A stretch of 63,631 nucleotides of DNA, the filler included, from Octopus bimaculoides (lineage: Eukaryota), in the NCBI RefSeq assembly GCF_001194135.2. It is 4 parts of 4 records of this genome, joined end to end, with 100 filler letters (N's around TTAATTAATTAA, not from the genome) between each part and the next. Parts side by side here need not be neighbours in the genome. Positions count along the whole stretch, not along the records: positions 62,419 to 63,631 come from NW_026350986.1; 3 more parts are not named here. One strand, written 5' to 3'. A model generated the notes under the pieces. The model did no database searches. It was not told the DNA's origin and was given only the letters and a program-made list of their open reading frames with translations. Position 1 is the first letter of the stretch. Each line of letters opens with the position of its first letter. Below are positions 62,375-63,631 of the stretch, piece after piece. The position numbers and the translations under genes are program-made.

Positions 62375-63110
62375 NNNNNNNNNNNNNNNNNNNNNNNNNN
62401 NNNNNNNNNNNNNNNNNNTGACTTATTTTAGCAAATAAAATAATTTGCCAGGCGAAGTCTTCTTCAGCGGGTACACCCAGCTTAAACATATATACACGAG
62501 GCAATCCACTATATGCCCCATGCTTATACAGTCTAATTTTTCAAATCTACCGCGCAAGCGCAGCTCCTTGTCGGCAGTAAGTAAAGAATGCCAGCGTTTC
62601 AATTCGAAAATTATCCAGAAAAAAATAATCAATAATTAATAATATCAAGGGTAATTAGAAATATTAGAAATTTCTACTACCAGTGGCCTAAAAATTTAGT
62701 CCATAGACTATATATTATTCATATAAATACAGTGTACATTTAAACACATAAGAGGTATCCATCATAAGATTCCCTCACGCTAGAAAGAACAGCTAAGTTC
62801 CAAACCACTATAAGGGATAAAATTTCGAAAGGAATGAAAAATAAAAACATTTACCATCTAGCTAGATGGTAAAGCACTGGGGTCGATGTGCTTGAGTAGC
62901 CTCTCCTCTAAAGTTTCAGGTTTCGTGCTTGTTTCAGTAACAATTATTATTAATCATCATATTCCCTGGCACCTCTTTGTGTTATTTTTCTGCAACTTTG
63001 AATCAACACTCTTTTACCAATACGGTCAAACAATACATTTGTAACCAATGGTTTAAGATTAGATATTATTGAGTAAGCATATTAATGTTTACACTATAAT
63101 GAGTATTCTA

Positions 63111-63173
<63 letters not shown>

Positions 63174-63631
63174 GTCTATTTATCAATTTATCAATCTATT
63201 TCTTTTTCTCTCTCAAATTAGGTACTAATACTATGAAACTGTTATCAATTGATATTTGATTTTGCTCAGTAATATATAAGTAAGTAGGTTCTCTTTTATG
63301 TCTCACAAAGTAATGGGCCTCATCTTTACTTGATGCTGATGTACAAACAAAAAATTACCATCCTTAACCACATCACAAAAAGACTATGAAGAATTTATTA
63401 AAAACCCTGAAATATTTAGTGCCAATGATGCATTTTGTAACAGACTATATCTAATACAGTAAAATAAGCATATCAGCAGGTGGTAAACCATGCATTTGAG
63501 AATCAGAAACTGCACCCTCGATACAATTGCACTGGAACATCACAAACATATGGAAAAGATGAGTCAATAAAGGAGCTAAGCACATAAAAGCTAGACCTTC
63601 TAGAAATCACAGCTAAATCTCATCTAAATCA

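Overview
AT-rich eukaryotic (animal) genomic DNA from a gapped draft assembly, saturated with di/tri/tetranucleotide microsatellites. The tRNA-derived SINE families and R4/Dong, RTE, Penelope and Tc1/mariner relics look to me like Octopus (cephalopod) repeats; this is inference, not a database match. The only convincing host coding sequence is the 3' end of a + strand gene: a phase 1-1 EGF exon (50247-50360) spliced to a terminal exon (51891-52570) encoding a VWA domain with an intact MIDAS and a very acidic tail. Almost all other ORFs in the track are microsatellite or N-gap translations, or TE relics. Main observations: (1) three hammerhead-ribozyme-like motifs, two sharing a variant CUGUCGAA core; (2) five same-orientation R4/Dong-type LINE copies stacked at 18.0-25.6 kb, several ending at TAA-type microsatellites including SINE tails; (3) a non-coding repeat found only inside (AAT/AAC)n tracts; (4) a sharp drop in CpG content after 50.2 kb; (5) three artificial N44-TTAATTAATTAA-N44 joins, so the window is at least four stitched blocks. 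No prokaryote-type systems, CRISPR arrays, rRNA or true tRNA genes were seen.
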